DNA of 64,000 bases. It comes from Eledone cirrhosa (Eukaryota). The notes beneath the pieces were generated by a model, which ran no database searches, was not told the origin of the DNA, and saw only the letters and a list, made by a program, of their open reading frames with translations. A program made the position numbers and the translations under genes. The stretch is from NCBI GenBank assembly GCA_964016885.1, contig OZ024755.1, forward strand, positions 36,580,001 to 36,644,000, in the 5' to 3' direction. This document shows, piece by piece, positions 61,830-64,000 of this stretch (position 1 is the first letter of the stretch; each line of letters opens with the position of its first letter).

Positions 61830-62450
61830 ACACCCAGTCCACACTGTAAAGTGGTCGTGTAGGAGACATGGTAAAAAGGTTCCCAGTCCACACTGTAAAG
61901 TGGTTGTGTAGGAGACACGGTAAAAAGGCTCCCAGTCCACACTGTAAGGTGGTCGTGTAGGAGACACGGTAAAAAAGGCTCCCAGTCCACACTGTAAAGT
62001 GGTCGTGTAGAAGACACGGTAAAAAAGGCTCCCAGTCCACACTGTAAAGTGGTCGTGTAGGAGACACGGTAAAAAAGGCTCCCAGTCCACACTGTAAGGT
62101 GGTCGTGTAGGAGACACGGTAAAAAAGGCTCCCAGTCCACACTGTAAATGTGGTCGTGTAGGAGACACGGTAAAAAGGCTCCCAGTCCACACTGTAAAGT
62201 GGTCGTGTAGGAGACACGGTAAAAAAGGCTCCCAGTCCACACTGTAAAGTGGTCGTGTAGGAGACACGGTAAAAAAGGCTCCCAGTCCACACTGTAAGGT
62301 GGTCGTGTAGGAGACACGGTAAAAAAGGCTCCCAGTCCACACTGTAAATGTGGTCGTGTAGGAGACACGGTAAAAAGGCTCCCAGTCCACACTGTAAATG
62401 TGGTCATGTAGGAGACACGGTAAAAAGGCTCCCAGTCCACACTGTAAATG
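61830..62450 (+). repeat. ~49-50 bp tandem repeat (~12 units) inside a SINE
   Basis: Unit CCCAGTCCACACTGTAAAGTGGTCGTGTAGGAGACACGGTAAAAAAGGCT; SINE tail (GAT)n at ~62587-62606. Confidence 0.93.
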
Positions 62451-64000
62451 TGGTTGGTGTTAGGAAGAGCATCGAGCCGTAGAAAACCTGCCAGATACAG
62501 TCCTATACGATCGAGACATGGTCACCCAATCAATCTTGCCTCAAGTGGGACAATTCCATGCTAGCGTGGAAGATAGGCGTTAAACGATGATGATGATGAT
62601 GATGATAGCTAAAGTGATAAACTTAGCCAATGGAAAACTAACTGTTTACACTATTGCCAAAAAAAAATTCGCCTAGTTCAAAATGTCACAATATGAGAGT
62701 CATTCCATGTATTTTTTTATATACATTGTACCATAAGCAAAGAAAAATACCAAATTTCTATTAGAGTAGCATTAAAGTTGATGATAACCAAGTTACATGA
62801 ATATTACTATTTTTAGTATTTTAATGCAGCTTATAAAATTAAACTGAGATATGACAATGTATTATGATTTTCTTGTGACGCTTAACTCCGCCAGTTGCAG
62901 ACTGCGCATCAATATGTGATATCTCTCTCCACAAAGTTCAATCACCAGCAGCAGAGTTCAAAGAGTAAAGATCAAGTCCAGTCCATAAGTTGAGATTGTC
63001 AAGCCATCGTTTTAGCAGCCGGCCTCTGCTTCTCTTACCAGCCAACCTTCCTTCCAGGCATAACCTACTCACACCACGAGTTGATCTTTTTATTATGATT
63101 TTACTCAGCTCCTATTCCTTTCTCTTTAATTTGCTTACCTATGGTCATGAATCTTGACCATAGGTAAGCAAAAAAAAAAAGAATATGATCGCGAATACAA
63201 GTGGCCCAAATGTGATTCCGCCAAAGGGTCTTTGGAGTAACGTTACTCAAAGTGCGTAGCTCAGAGATCAGAGAGCCACTCCAAGTAGAGCCGTTACTTC
63301 TCTGACTTGAGAAATCACAGCTCTGATACTATTGTCATGGGGTTAGAATGTCTCCGGAAAGAATCACTCAACAGATTTTACGGGTGAAACCAACAGGTAG
63401 AGGAACCAGGGGTAGACCCTGAACAAGATTGCTAGATAACATCCATGAGCTTGGTTGGTTGCGCTTGAGGATCCAGCCGGATCATCTGGAGGGAGTGTTT
63501 CAGGGCTCTACACCAACAGCCCTCTCAGAAATAAGTGGGCCAAGAAAAGAAGAAGAAAATATAGGTAGTATATTTACAAGTTAAAAAGTTGGTGCAGAAG
63601 AATTGGTGAAGAGATGATTGTGGTTAAGAAGCTTGCTTCACAATTACATGGCTCATGGTCTGATTTTATGGCACTGCACATCAAGTAAATGTTTTCTGCT
63701 AAGCCTAAATCATCATAATCATTTTGTATCTAGCTTTGATTCCTGTATGGCTTCTACGACTGGCTGCCTTTCCTAACACCAACCACTTCTCAGTGTATAT
63801 CAGGTGCATCTTATCATGACACCACAACTGCCACCTAACAAGGTGGGATAAAAGATCCCATAACTCCTTGTGGAGTCGTAGTGGTATGGTCATATGGCGC
63901 ATCTAGGGCACTTTTAAAGTTGGAGGAGCCCAACCCTCTCCAGGTCTCAACACAGCCAATTTTTTTCTATAGAGGAAGAATCGACCCCAGTACTGGACTG

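Noticed and set aside
61614-62440. 209-258 aa ORFs upstream of the ZNF
   Set aside because: They are translations of the SINE-derived ~50-bp tandem repeat.

Overview
This is eukaryotic, AT-rich, repeat-dense animal DNA. It is most likely an octopod cephalopod, an inference from the SINE/RTE/Penelope landscape and the tandem C2H2 zinc-finger gene. Three protein-coding genes can be assembled by hand. (1) The 5' part of a Greatwall/MASTL-like kinase on the minus strand: a non-coding exon near 17.7-17.8 kb, an ATG exon at 12800-12907 and an IKPISRGAFG exon at 7412-7467; the rest presumably lies left of the window. (2) A complete 10-exon TM7SF3 orthologue on the plus strand (22405-47414; 1710 nt CDS, 569 aa, all splice phases consistent), head-to-head with MASTL. 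(3) A 12-finger C2H2 zinc-finger gene on the minus strand with a single coding exon (59793-61325). Most other ORFs in the track are microsatellite/minisatellite artefacts or decayed retroelements (RTE, CR1-like, CRE-like, Penelope-like). The most interesting non-obvious signals are as follows. Two structurally near-complete minimal type-I hammerhead ribozymes of the Penelope-associated kind lie at 18755-18816 and 38264-38341, the second sense-oriented inside TM7SF3 intron 6. A third related copy starts essentially at the predicted self-cleavage site, and several decayed hammerhead-like motifs are present. Minisatellites have arisen repeatedly from inside transposons, including one built from a LINE zinc-finger codon block. 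A near-identical ~250 bp inverted duplication sits 39 kb apart, bracketed by repeats. All family assignments come from recognition of motifs, not from database searches.
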